NCBI GenBank assembly: GCA_964575925.1
Contig: CAZNTR010000002.1
Coordinates: 6,624-70,623 of the forward strand
Reading direction: 5' to 3'
Source: an uncultured Chitinophagales bacterium
GTDB taxonomy: Bacteria; Bacteroidota; Rhodothermia; Balneolales; M1805
Length of the DNA: 64,000 bases
The first letter of the stretch is position 1. Each line of letters opens with the position of its first letter. Both the position numbers and the translations under genes were made by a program. Below, piece by piece: positions 54,224 through 63,940 of the stretch. The notes below the pieces were generated by a model. It searched no databases. It saw nothing but the letters and a program-made list of their open reading frames with translations, and had not been told where the DNA came from.

Positions 54224-54560
54224 GTTTAACTGTAAAAATGCTTATTAAACTTCTTTGAGTCGAGGCATAACTTTTATGAATAATGTATTAAATGCGGTTA
54301 TTAAAGAGTGAATTTTTGAGTTATAAATTAATCATGCAAAACTCAATTTAAAAAAAACTGATAAACACTATAAGGAAAACCTAATCTTAATTTTTTGTCA
54401 ATTTCATTTCAAAATTATATCTTACGTAGGTATCGTGATTTTAAGCATTTTCGATAAATTTCTGTGATGCTTAAAATGTGATAGTAAGCAGAATTATAAT
54501 TTGATGTATTATGGAGTTTATTTTGTGGAAGTATTTTAATCTCATTTTATATTTATTGCG

Positions 54561-54929
54561 ATGAGAGTATCAAAAAGTAGTTATTTGGACGAGACAAAAA
54601 TCCTAAGTTTAACTAAAGGGGAGTTAAGCTATAAGTTAAACTTTTATAGATTGTTAGCTAAACTTTTAATAAAATCAATCGAAGATATTTCGGGCTTTAA
54701 TTCTTCGGAAATAATTGGTTTTCCAGAGCTTAAAAAAAATTATCATAAATTAAAACCGAATATCAAACTATTTTGTAACGATTCTGTGTATCAATTTTTT
54801 TTAACATTAGAATTGAAAATAAAAGAAGAAACGATAAACCAAGGAGATATTTCTGATTTATGTGAGCTCTTAAAAAATATTCTTTTAGAAATTCAACAAA
54901 ATACAGAAAACTTGTCTACAAATAAGTAA
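54561..54929 (+). CDS. Small helical protein with an Hpt-like HKLKP motif (putative phosphotransfer protein)
   Basis: 122 aa. NYHKLKPNIKLF parallels the HKIRPTLKV motif of the 55808 ORF and the Hpt consensus H-x-L-K-G/P. Motif-level evidence only. Confidence 0.4.
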   Translation: MRVSKSSYLDETKILSLTKGELSYKLNFYRLLAKLLIKSIEDISGFNSSEIIGFPELKKNYHKLKPNIKLFCNDSVYQFFLTLELKIKEETINQGDISDLCELLKNILLEIQQNTENLSTNK

Positions 54930-54945
54930 GCTTTATTTTTTTTAT

Positions 54946-55823
54946 ATGATTATTGATTTTGAAAAAAAAATAAAACCTGATTATTCATTTATCATATTTA
55001 ATGATGATGGTTTTATCGAGTCTTATAGTAGAGATTTAATAAATATTTTAAAGTACTTCCAAATAGTCAAAAAAATAAAATAACTATTTACAGAAATGTT
55101 TATTTATATAATCAGAATAGTTTAGCAGTTAATATTGAAAAAAATGAATTCGAAGATGATTTAGATTCTATAGTTTTTTGTAAAATAGATAACAATGGGA
55201 ATGAAATTGTTAGTAGTAATTGTAGCGTTTTAGTTTTTGACGGAATTGATGAAAAAAGACGCTTAATTATTTTTTTGGAAAATTCATCGGATAAATCGGA
55301 TAAATCAGTTAGTTCAAATACTTCATTCGTTACTAATCGGCAAGCTATTTCAACATTATCAAGTAAAATAGCTAATCCCGTTTATTTTAAAGTTGCTGAA
55401 ACCATTAAATCGATAAAATGGAGCAATGGAGTTGTGGTTCAGTTAAACATGATAAATGCAAATAATTCGATTCAAGTGAAAAATGAAGATGATTTATTTG
55501 AAGTCATAAAAATGTTGCTAACTAGTAGCTCCGAAGTAACCAACTATGGCTTAGTATTAGTCGAAATTCAATTTCTAAAAAATACAATTGCTGTCAAAAT
55601 TGAAGATACCGGTTTAGACGTTTCGAGCATTCTTGAAAATTCTCAAATGAAAAAACCTATAATTAAACAATTATTAACTCAAATAGACTTTAGATTTAAG
55701 AAAAATGCGATTATCAATCATGAGAATGTATTTAGTAAGTATGGAAATATATTTTTATTTGAATGGCGCCTAAAGGAAAGTATGAATTTGAGCAAGTTTG
55801 AAATCAGTTGCAATCAGAAATAA
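54946..55823 (+). pseudogene. PAS-like / degenerate HATPase-like gene split by a frame change at an A7 run (pseudogene, sequencing error or -1 frameshift)
   Basis: Frame 1: ATG 54946 MIIDFEKKIKPDYSFIIFNDDGFIESYSRDLINILKYFQIVKKIK*, stop at 55081-55083. Frame 0 is open from 55032 and reads ..NKITIYRNVYLYNQNSLAVNIEKNEFEDDLDSIVFCKIDNNGNEIVSSNCSVLVFDGIDEKRRLIIF into the track ORF 55275-55823 (..IAVKIEDTGLDVSS..). The A7 run lies at 55069-55075. Confidence 0.5.
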
Positions 55824-56116
55824 TAGTAGCTGTTAAATATGAAAATGCTGATATAAAAGATGTAAATTATGTTAATAATATAATTGATGAATGGATCGAA
55901 GAATTTGAATATAATGAAACGATTACGATTAAAGATATTTCTTTTTTATTGCACAAAATACGACCTACTCTAAAAGTATCTGGCTATGAGAATATTGCCG
56001 AAAAGAGCTCTCAACTAGAGTGTTATTTAAAGAAAAATAATGATGAAAAAGAAATTATAGACCTGTTTAAAAAGTTTATAATAAATTTGAAAGATGCGGT
56101 AAATTACAATGTATAA
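55808..56116 (+). CDS. Hpt-like phosphotransfer protein (putative)
   Basis: 102 aa. FLLHKIRPTLKVSGYENIAEKSSQLE fits the Hpt pattern H-K-x-K/R-x5-G...L.LE. TTG start. Overlaps both neighbouring genes. Confidence 0.5.
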   Translation: MQSEIIVAVKYENADIKDVNYVNNIIDEWIEEFEYNETITIKDISFLLHKIRPTLKVSGYENIAEKSSQLECYLKKNNDEKEIIDLFKKFIINLKDAVNYNV

Positions 56117-56843
56117 AATTTTAATAGTAGACGATTTTAAAACTCAAAGACAGTTTATCTCAGGTATCTGTGCCGATTTGAAATTGGAAACGGTAGAGGC
56201 TGTAAATGGTGAAGAAGCTTTAAAAATATTGGAAAAAGAAAAAATTGGTTTAATCTTAACAGATTATGAGATGCCAATTTTGAATGGAATGGAATTGACT
56301 AAAAAAGTTCGTAAAAATGTACTTTGGAAAGACATTCCCATAATTATGATTACATCTGTAAGCGATTTGAAAAACAAAGCTATTGCTTCAGGTGTATCTC
56401 AGTTTGTTGTAAAGCCTTTTGATCGTTTAGATCTAAAAAAAAATATTTCCGAATATTTTGGCGAACAGTCTCAAATAAAAACATTTAATGTATTATTGTT
56501 AGATGATGTTCAATTGCAAACAGCTATTTGGGAAAGAGTTCTCTCAATGGATTATTTTGAGTATACGAAGGTTCATACAGCGCAAGAAGCATTAAATGAA
56601 TTAAGGAAAAAATCATACGATATTATTCTTACAGACTATTCAATGCCAAATGTGGATGGAGATCGATTTGTAAGAAAAATTAAAACATTGCCTGAATTCT
56701 CACGCATTCCTATTATTATGATTACTGCAAATAAAGATTTAGCAAAAAATAAACCTGCTGAAGTTGATCGATTATTTATTAAGCCTTTTGAACCATCAGC
56801 AGTAAAAGATACAATTAAAGAATTAGTTGGTTGGCAAACTTAA
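56109..56843 (+). CDS. Tandem double-receiver (REC-REC) response regulator without an output domain
   Basis: REC1: ILIVDDFKTQRQ, LTDYEMPILNG, VVKPF. REC2: VLLLDDVQLQ, LTDYSMPNVDG, FIKPF. Confidence 0.88.
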   Translation: MYKILIVDDFKTQRQFISGICADLKLETVEAVNGEEALKILEKEKIGLILTDYEMPILNGMELTKKVRKNVLWKDIPIIMITSVSDLKNKAIASGVSQFVVKPFDRLDLKKNISEYFGEQSQIKTFNVLLLDDVQLQTAIWERVLSMDYFEYTKVHTAQEALNELRKKSYDIILTDYSMPNVDGDRFVRKIKTLPEFSRIPIIMITANKDLAKNKPAEVDRLFIKPFEPSAVKDTIKELVGWQT

Positions 56844-56891
56844 TCAAATTATACATACTATTATTTAATCATTTAAGGCAAATAAATTGGT

Positions 56892-59800
56892 ATGAAAGAC
56901 AGTAAAGAGATTAATAATGAGCACAATGATAAAATAAATAAAGAAGAAAATAAGTCAGGCAAGGTTTTTATTGATTTTGTAGATAATTCCAAAACTATAG
57001 AAGCAACTTCTACAAGTTCTTATGAATCGAAATATGCATTACAAATTGAAGCATTAGATAAACATGCCATAGTTAGTATTGCTAATAGGGCAGGAATAAT
57101 TACCTATGTAAACGATAAGTTTTGTGAAATTAGTGGTTATTCCCGTGAAGAGTTAGTTGGAAAAAGACATCAGATTATAAAATCTAATTACCATTCAAAA
57201 TTGTTTTTTAAAGAAATGTGGAAAACAATTAGTAGTGGCGCTACATGGAATGGTGAGATTTGCAACAAGAAAAAAGATGGGTCTCTGTATTGGGTTGAAA
57301 CAACAATTGTCCCAAAGATTGATGTTGATGGTAAAACGATTCAATATTTATCAATAAGAACTGAAATAACCAAGTTAAAAGAATTAGAAGCAAGACTTAC
57401 TAAGCAAAATGAAGCGCAAAAAATATTAAGTGATTTTGCATCTAGTCTTATAAAAGCTCAAAAAAACGAATTCGATAAGATAATTAAAAACTACTCAAAC
57501 TTATTATGCAAAAAGTTAGAGGTTAATGGCGCTGATATTTTTTTCTCTTTTCAAAAAGATAAACTTGAACTCTATCATAGGGTTAATGATGAACTTATAG
57601 AGGGAGAGTCAAGATTTATTTCAATCGATTTAAATGATATTCCTGAATTAAGAGAAAAGCTCAAACAAGAGTCATTTATCTATGTAAACAATGATTTTTC
57701 TATTAAAGAAAATATAAATAACGAAATTCGTAAATATCTTTTTTTAGATACGTGCTCCTTTTTGATTAAATCACTTAAAAAAGAAAATGAAACTTTAGGT
57801 TTAGTGTCTTTTTATTCTAACAGGAATAATTTCGAAGAGTATGAAATAGAGTTACTATCTTTTTTTTGTAATATCATCGTAAATACACTAGAACGAATTA
57901 AAAGTGAAACACCTTTAATAGAATGTGAAACTAACTACAAGTCTTTAGTAAATAACTTACCAGGAATGGTTTATAGTTATAGAATTGAATCGGGTATCAG
58001 TCATATTTCAAATAGTTTTAAAATTTGTGGTTACACTGATAATGAGTTATTAATCAATGGCAAAAATGCCTTGTTGTCTTTAGTTCATCCAGATGATGTT
58101 GATAACTATTTAAGTGATTTCGATTCTCTAAAAAGTATTAAACACTCTGTAACGGGTGAATATAGAATTATCCACAAAAATGGGACTATTCATTGGGTTA
58201 AAGAATTTAAAAAGATGCTTTTTGAAGATGAAATTCTTATTGGATTTGATGGTGTTATATTTGATAATACCGAAACAAAGAAGTTAGAAATCTTAAATGA
58301 ATTAAATAAAGAGAGATTAAGAAGAGGGCAAGTATATGCTAATATAGGTACTTGGGAATGGGATATAGTTACTAATGAATTGTATTGGACTGAACGTGTT
58401 GGTCCATTATTCGGATATCCAGAAAATAACTCAATGGATATAGAATTCGACAAATTTTTAAATGTAATTCATGCTGATGATAAAGATGCCGTAATGAATG
58501 CAATTCGAGATTCAGTTGAGCATAACCAGCCCTATAATATTGAACACAGAGTTGTCTGGGCTGATGGAACCATAAAGTGGGTTCAAGAAAAAGGGGCCGT
58601 AATTAGAGATGAAAACGATAAACCAATAAAAATGATCGGAGTTGTTCAAGATATACATGATAAAAAATTAGCAGAACTTGCGCTTGCTGAACGAGAAAAT
58701 GATTTAAAGTTTGCTCAATCCATAGCAAAAATTGGAAATTGGTCTATCGATTTTTCTGACGGTTCAGTTGATTGGTCAGATGAAGTGTATAATCTTTTAA
58801 ACATGAAAAAAGTTGATAATCCTGCCCATTTTGGATTATTAAAGGATATTCTTTTAGAAGAAGATTTCAGGTTGATTGGAAAAAAACTGATTGAAGCTGA
58901 AAAAACCGGACAGTTTAATGTAACTCATAGAGTAGTTTTAAAAAACAACACAATCAGATACTTTCAAGAAATAGCCCATGCTGAACTTGATTCTACTGGA
59001 AAAGTTAGCAAATTAGTTGGAACCGTACAGGATGTAACAGAAAGGGTTGAGTCAGAGAATGCATTAATTGCGGCAAAAGATGAAGCGACAAAAGCCAATT
59101 TCGCTAAATCTGAATTTCTATCGAGTATGAGCCATGAGTTGCGGACTCCAATGAATTCAATTATCGGTTTTAGTCAATTATTAGAATATGACGAAAAGCT
59201 TACAAGTGAACAAAAAGCAAATATTCGTGAAATTCGAAAAGCAGGGAAACACTTACTTGAACTGATTAATCAAGTTTTAGATTTATCTAAGATTGAGTCG
59301 GGTAATAATGACATGATTTTGGAACCTGTATTAATAAATGATGTAATTCAAGAATCGATTACATTGGTAAAGACCCTAGCATTCAAAAAGTCAGTTAAAA
59401 TTCAATTTATAAATGAAGCTCAATTTATTGTAAAAGCAGATCGACTAAGATTAAAACAAGTTGTACTTAATTTGCTATCAAATGCGATTAAGTACAATAA
59501 GATAAATGGTGAAGTTCGAATAACGTTAGAAAAGAAAGTATCTGAGAAGCAAGCAAAAATTTTGCTTGTCGTAGCTGATAAAGGAATTGGAATTCCGTCT
59601 AATCAGTTAAATGAATTATTCTTACCATTTCAACGATTGGGGCTTGAAAATAAAGAAGTTGAAGGAACAGGAATCGGTTTATCGATAACAAAGAGAATTG
59701 TCGAATTAATGAATGGCTCTATTGGTGTATTAAGTAAGGAAAATGAGGGAAGTACGTTTTGGGTTGAGTTAGATGTATTGGAATCCGAAAAAGCTAGTAG

Positions 59801-60236
59801 AATACAAACTGATCAAAAAGAAGAAGAAATTGTTAAGAATAATCCTTCACAAATTAATAAACCAAACGAAGTATATGTTGTTTATATAGAAGATAACTTG
59901 TCCAATATTAAATTGATGACACAAATATTTGATTACCTTCCTGGCGCAAAATTAGTTACATCAACTAAGCCTTTGGACGGCTTAAAGATAATAAGTGAAA
60001 TAAAACCTGAATTAATTCTTTTAGATATTAACTTGCCAGAAATGAATGGCTTTGAAGTTTTAAAAAGAATTAGAAAGATGGAAGAATTTGAAAGCATTCC
60101 AGTTTTAGCAATTACAGCAAATGCAATGGAAAATGATGTGAAAAAAGGAATGGATTTAGGATTCTCTTATTACATTACCAAACCTATTGATATTAATAAG
60201 TTTATGAAAATAATAAATGATTATCTTTTAAAATAA
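56892..60236 (+). CDS. Hybrid sensor histidine kinase (multiple PAS/PAC, GAF-like region, HisKA, HATPase_c, REC)
   Basis: PAS blocks such as GIITYVNDKFCEISGYSREELVGK and WNGEICNKKKDGSLYWV. H-box FLSSMSHELRTPMNSIIGFSQLL. N/G boxes NLLSNAIKYN, DKGIGI, GTGIGLSI. REC VVYIEDN, LLDINLPEMNG, ITKP. Confidence 0.92.
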   Translation: MKDSKEINNEHNDKINKEENKSGKVFIDFVDNSKTIEATSTSSYESKYALQIEALDKHAIVSIANRAGIITYVNDKFCEISGYSREELVGKRHQIIKSNYHSKLFFKEMWKTISSGATWNGEICNKKKDGSLYWVETTIVPKIDVDGKTIQYLSIRTEITKLKELEARLTKQNEAQKILSDFASSLIKAQKNEFDKIIKNYSNLLCKKLEVNGADIFFSFQKDKLELYHRVNDELIEGESRFISIDLNDIPELREKLKQESFIYVNNDFSIKENINNEIRKYLFLDTCSFLIKSLKKENETLGLVSFYSNRNNFEEYEIELLSFFCNIIVNTLERIKSETPLIECETNYKSLVNNLPGMVYSYRIESGISHISNSFKICGYTDNELLINGKNALLSLVHPDDVDNYLSDFDSLKSIKHSVTGEYRIIHKNGTIHWVKEFKKMLFEDEILIGFDGVIFDNTETKKLEILNELNKERLRRGQVYANIGTWEWDIVTNELYWTERVGPLFGYPENNSMDIEFDKFLNVIHADDKDAVMNAIRDSVEHNQPYNIEHRVVWADGTIKWVQEKGAVIRDENDKPIKMIGVVQDIHDKKLAELALAERENDLKFAQSIAKIGNWSIDFSDGSVDWSDEVYNLLNMKKVDNPAHFGLLKDILLEEDFRLIGKKLIEAEKTGQFNVTHRVVLKNNTIRYFQEIAHAELDSTGKVSKLVGTVQDVTERVESENALIAAKDEATKANFAKSEFLSSMSHELRTPMNSIIGFSQLLEYDEKLTSEQKANIREIRKAGKHLLELINQVLDLSKIESGNNDMILEPVLINDVIQESITLVKTLAFKKSVKIQFINEAQFIVKADRLRLKQVVLNLLSNAIKYNKINGEVRITLEKKVSEKQAKILLVVADKGIGIPSNQLNELFLPFQRLGLENKEVEGTGIGLSITKRIVELMNGSIGVLSKENEGSTFWVELDVLESEKASRIQTDQKEEEIVKNNPSQINKPNEVYVVYIEDNLSNIKLMTQIFDYLPGAKLVTSTKPLDGLKIISEIKPELILLDINLPEMNGFEVLKRIRKMEEFESIPVLAITANAMENDVKKGMDLGFSYYITKPIDINKFMKIINDYLLK

Positions 60237-60242
60237 GTAAAC

Positions 60243-62561
60243 ATGGATGGCCTTAACGATTTAACTTCAAATAAATTGGCTTTTGCAGCGCTAGAGTCTG
60301 CCATTAGTGGAATAGCTATTTCAGATTTAAATGGGAAACTAACGTATGTAAACAAAGCATTTCGGAAAATGTGGAAAATTCCAGATAGCGAAATAGTGGT
60401 AGGAAGGTCTCCAATTGAGTTTTGGGTTGATGAAAATGCTGCCAAAGCTGTAGTTCATAACTTGATGACATTTGGTGAATGGAAAGGCGAACTCATTGCA
60501 AAATTGAACGATGGCACAACAGCTATATTTCAACTAATTGGCAATTTAGTGAAATCTGAGACTAGTGATCCCATTTGCATGATGGCTTCCATTATAGACA
60601 TTTCAGAAAAAGTTGAAATGGAAAAGCAACTTAGATCGGAAAGAGACTATTCTCAAAATCTTGTTAATACTACACCAACAAAAATTATCATATTGAATAA
60701 GGATCAGACCATTGAGTTTATAAATCCTTATTTCGAAAAAAAAGCAGGGTATAAAAAAGAAGAAATTATTGGGAAAAGCTACATCGATATTTTTATTCCA
60801 AAATCCTTAGAAAATCTTTGGGGAGAGTTTTTCAATAAAGCTATTAAAGAACCTTTCATTGATTATATATTTCCATTTAAGAATAAAATGGGTAAAATGC
60901 GAACAATTGAATGGAATACTCAACCATTAAATGATCGTGCTGATGGGGAGATTTCACTATTATTAGTAGGTAATGATATTACTGAACTTGATGAGCAAAA
61001 AAAGTCACTAAAGCATAAATATGAGATGCTTAGTTTAAGTGAAGAATTGAAGACACTTCAAATCAAAAAACAAAAGGAAAGAATAGAAAAAATTATTCAA
61101 GCACTCATTGACGGGTATATGGCTCTCGATTTAGAGGGGAATATAAAGGAAGTAAATAAATCTATGAGTGATCAATTTGGTTATGAGTACAAGGAATTAA
61201 TTAATAGGCATGTTAGTGATATTGATGATCTTGAGTCAGCCAATGACGTCAAAAAACATATTGGATATGTTGTACAGAATGGGTTTGATAGATTTGATAC
61301 CGTTTATGTAAAGAAAGACGGAACAAAATTCAATGCGGAAGTTAGCGCTACTTATTCTGGATATGATAGTGAACAGTTAATTTATGTATTCATTAGAAAT
61401 ATTGATTCAAGAATTAATGCAAAAAATGAGCTCCAAAAAGCTAAACAAGACGCAGAGATAGCCAATAAATACAAATCAGAATTTATCTCTAGAATGAGTC
61501 ATGAATTGAGAACGCCTCTAAATGCGGTTATTGGGTTTTCTCAATTATTAGAATTGAATATGCACAAACGACTTTCAGATTCAGACTTAGAAACGGTAAA
61601 TGAAATAAAAATGGCTGGCAATGAACTGCTCTCCATGATCAATAAGCTCTTGGATATTTCCAAAATTGAGAAGGGTGAATTGAGCATTGTCTGTACTAAA
61701 CTAGATCTAAATGAAATTGTAACAAAGTGTATTTCAAATCTTTCAAATGAATTAGAGAATAAATCCATTCAAGTTTATATAGATTCGTTTTCTTGTGAAA
61801 ATTATTTTGTAAATGCTAATGAAGAACGCTTGGAAATGGTTTTATTAAGCATTCTATCAAATGCAATAAATCATAATGCGGAAAATGGTTCAATATTCAT
61901 TAATTGTAGAAAAAATGGTGATCAAACGATTACAGTATTCATAAAAGATACTGGAAAAGGAATTTCACAAGATCGTCTCTCAACTTTTTTTGATTCAGCA
62001 GAAAAAACATCAATTGCTTATGATGCTTCTCAAGGCACAGGTATAAATATGCACTATGCGAGAGCAATAATGGAAAAAATGAATGGATCAATCGGTGTTG
62101 AAAGTGAGATTGGTGAAGGAAGTACGTTTTCGATTGTTTTAAATGAAATTATGGATGAACACAAGAGCCATATTTATCAAAACTTGGATATTTCCTTCTT
62201 CGTTGTAGATGATAATCAAATAAATTTGATGGTAATGGAGCAGACCTTAGAAACCTTGTTCCCAAACGCAAAAATAGAATCATTTACGGATGGATTATCA
62301 TGTGTGGAAAAACTAGAAATTGAAGTTCCAGCCATGATTTTTATGGATTTACAAATGCCAAGATTAGATGGTTATGCTGTTACAGCAATGATTAGAGAAA
62401 AAAAGGAGTTTACAAGTATTCCAATTATTGCCTTGTCGGCAAGTAATGATACAGACGAAATTGACAGAGCAAAAGAGTCTGGAATGAACAATTATTTAGT
62501 AAAACCTGCTTCCGTTGAACAAATTGAAACAATTATTGCAAAGTATGTTAAGCTAAAATAG
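60243..62561 (+). CDS. Hybrid sensor histidine kinase (PAS x3, HisKA, HATPase_c, REC)
   Basis: GKLTYVNKAFRKMWKIPDSEIVG. H-box FISRMSHELRTPLNAVIGFSQLL. SILSNAINHN, DTGKGIS, GTGINM. REC FFVVDDNQIN, FMDLQMPRLDG, LVKP. Confidence 0.92.
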   Translation: MDGLNDLTSNKLAFAALESAISGIAISDLNGKLTYVNKAFRKMWKIPDSEIVVGRSPIEFWVDENAAKAVVHNLMTFGEWKGELIAKLNDGTTAIFQLIGNLVKSETSDPICMMASIIDISEKVEMEKQLRSERDYSQNLVNTTPTKIIILNKDQTIEFINPYFEKKAGYKKEEIIGKSYIDIFIPKSLENLWGEFFNKAIKEPFIDYIFPFKNKMGKMRTIEWNTQPLNDRADGEISLLLVGNDITELDEQKKSLKHKYEMLSLSEELKTLQIKKQKERIEKIIQALIDGYMALDLEGNIKEVNKSMSDQFGYEYKELINRHVSDIDDLESANDVKKHIGYVVQNGFDRFDTVYVKKDGTKFNAEVSATYSGYDSEQLIYVFIRNIDSRINAKNELQKAKQDAEIANKYKSEFISRMSHELRTPLNAVIGFSQLLELNMHKRLSDSDLETVNEIKMAGNELLSMINKLLDISKIEKGELSIVCTKLDLNEIVTKCISNLSNELENKSIQVYIDSFSCENYFVNANEERLEMVLLSILSNAINHNAENGSIFINCRKNGDQTITVFIKDTGKGISQDRLSTFFDSAEKTSIAYDASQGTGINMHYARAIMEKMNGSIGVESEIGEGSTFSIVLNEIMDEHKSHIYQNLDISFFVVDDNQINLMVMEQTLETLFPNAKIESFTDGLSCVEKLEIEVPAMIFMDLQMPRLDGYAVTAMIREKKEFTSIPIIALSASNDTDEIDRAKESGMNNYLVKPASVEQIETIIAKYVKLK

Positions 62562-62665
62562 ATGTATTAATTGTTCAAAAAAAGTAATGATTAAGAGTAA
62601 AATCAACGTTATTAAATGAGTTCGGAATAAGAAATAAAAAAAAACAGGTATAAAATAATTTTGTC

Positions 62666-62686
62666 ATTCTGGGCTTGTCCCAGAAT
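62666..62686. repeat. Hairpin ATTCTGGG-cttgt-CCCAGAAT with tgtc...ctc flanks
   Basis: 8-bp perfect stem. Flank pattern tgtcAT...GAATctc is shared with the hairpin at 63911-63940. Confidence 0.8.
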
Positions 62687-62850
62687 CTCTGTCTAATTTG
62701 GGATTAAATTTGAGATTTAACTGCGAATCCAAATGAGGTTCTTCATTGTTTATTCTGGTTTTTGATTAAAATCATTCTATTAAACCTGAATTCGAACTCA
62801 GGTTATTAGTAAACTGTTTTCAAATTATCAATTTATCGCTACATTGAGCA

Positions 62851-63699
62851 ATGAATGGTGATTCTTACATTCAAAAAGCTAACGGTTCACTGGTTTTATT
62901 TAACCGTGAAAAACTAGTCGGTTCTTTAGTTAGGTCTGGGGCAAAAGAAGTTCAAGCCAATTCCATTGCTGACGAGATTGAGATTCATCTTGTTCAGGGG
63001 ATGAAAACTCAAAAGATTTATCAAAAAGCGTTCAAATTATTACGAAGTGGGAATCGACCTGCTGCATCAAATTATCAATTAAAGCGCGCTGTAATGGATT
63101 TGGGCCCAAGTGGTTATCCGTTTGAACATTTGGTTTCTGCAATATTCCGACATCAGGGTTATCAGGTAAAAACCGGAATTATTATGCAGGGAATATGCGT
63201 TACTCACGAAGTGGATGTTTTCGCTGAAAATGAGCATGAAGTCAATTTTATTGAATGCAAATTTCATAATCAGCCTGGAGTGAAATCGGATGTAAAAATT
63301 GCTATGTATGTGAATTCTAGGGTAATTGACCTTAAAAACCGATGGCTAAAAGATCATCCCGATGAAAAACGAAAAATTTCTGGAGGATTAGTAACCAATA
63401 CCAAATTGACAGAAGATGCACGTGTATTTGCTTCTTGTAGCGGAATTCTGGGAATAGGTTGGGACACTCCGCACAAATTGGCAATTATGGAGCAATTAAC
63501 CGATATGCGTTTATTGCCGATTACCCTCATTCCGTCATTAACTAAAAGAGAACGCGAGGAAATTGTAAAGAACGGAATAGTTTTGTGTCGAGAATTAATT
63601 CAAGCAGAAGAAAAAATGGAATCCCTAATGATTGAGAGTTACAGAATAGAAAAATTGATAGCAGAAGCAAAAGAAATAATGGAAAACTTTGAGCTGTGA
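62851..63699 (+). CDS. ATP-cone domain fused to a PD-(D/E)xK (Mrr-like) nuclease-fold domain
   Basis: N-terminal IQKANGSLVLFNREKLVGSLVRSG (ATP-cone pattern). Central GYPFEHLVSAIFRHQGY...THEVDVFAENEHEVNFIECKFH (D...E-x-K arrangement). Confidence 0.7.
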   Translation: MNGDSYIQKANGSLVLFNREKLVGSLVRSGAKEVQANSIADEIEIHLVQGMKTQKIYQKAFKLLRSGNRPAASNYQLKRAVMDLGPSGYPFEHLVSAIFRHQGYQVKTGIIMQGICVTHEVDVFAENEHEVNFIECKFHNQPGVKSDVKIAMYVNSRVIDLKNRWLKDHPDEKRKISGGLVTNTKLTEDARVFASCSGILGIGWDTPHKLAIMEQLTDMRLLPITLIPSLTKREREEIVKNGIVLCRELIQAEEKMESLMIESYRIEKLIAEAKEIMENFEL

Positions 63700-63807
63700 A
63701 ATTGGTAAAATTGGAGTTTTGATATAAGAAAGAAAGCTTCCTCTTTTGCCAAGAACCTTAAGTATGAAGACGGAAGATCTAAAAGAGGGTCGGGGAGATA
63801 TCAAGAT

Positions 63808-63841
63808 GCTATAATTCTGAGTTCGGGATAAGAATTATAGC
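63808..63841. repeat. Perfect 11-bp inverted repeat GCTATAATTCT-(12 nt)-AGAATTATAGC
   Basis: Read directly from the sequence, about 110 nt downstream of the ATP-cone gene. Confidence 0.8.
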
Positions 63842-63910
63842 ATACTAAAACCAATGCTAACTCTCGACAAAGTGATTTTAGAACACAAGTTTAGGCAAAA
63901 AAAAACTGTA

Positions 63911-63940
63911 ATCCCGTCCCGGAAACTTATGGGACGGAAT
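63911..63940. repeat. Hairpin ATCCCGTCCC-ggaaacttat-GGGACGGAAT with tgta...ctc flanks
   Basis: 9 of 10 bp paired. Same flank pattern as the hairpin at 62666-62686. Confidence 0.75.
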
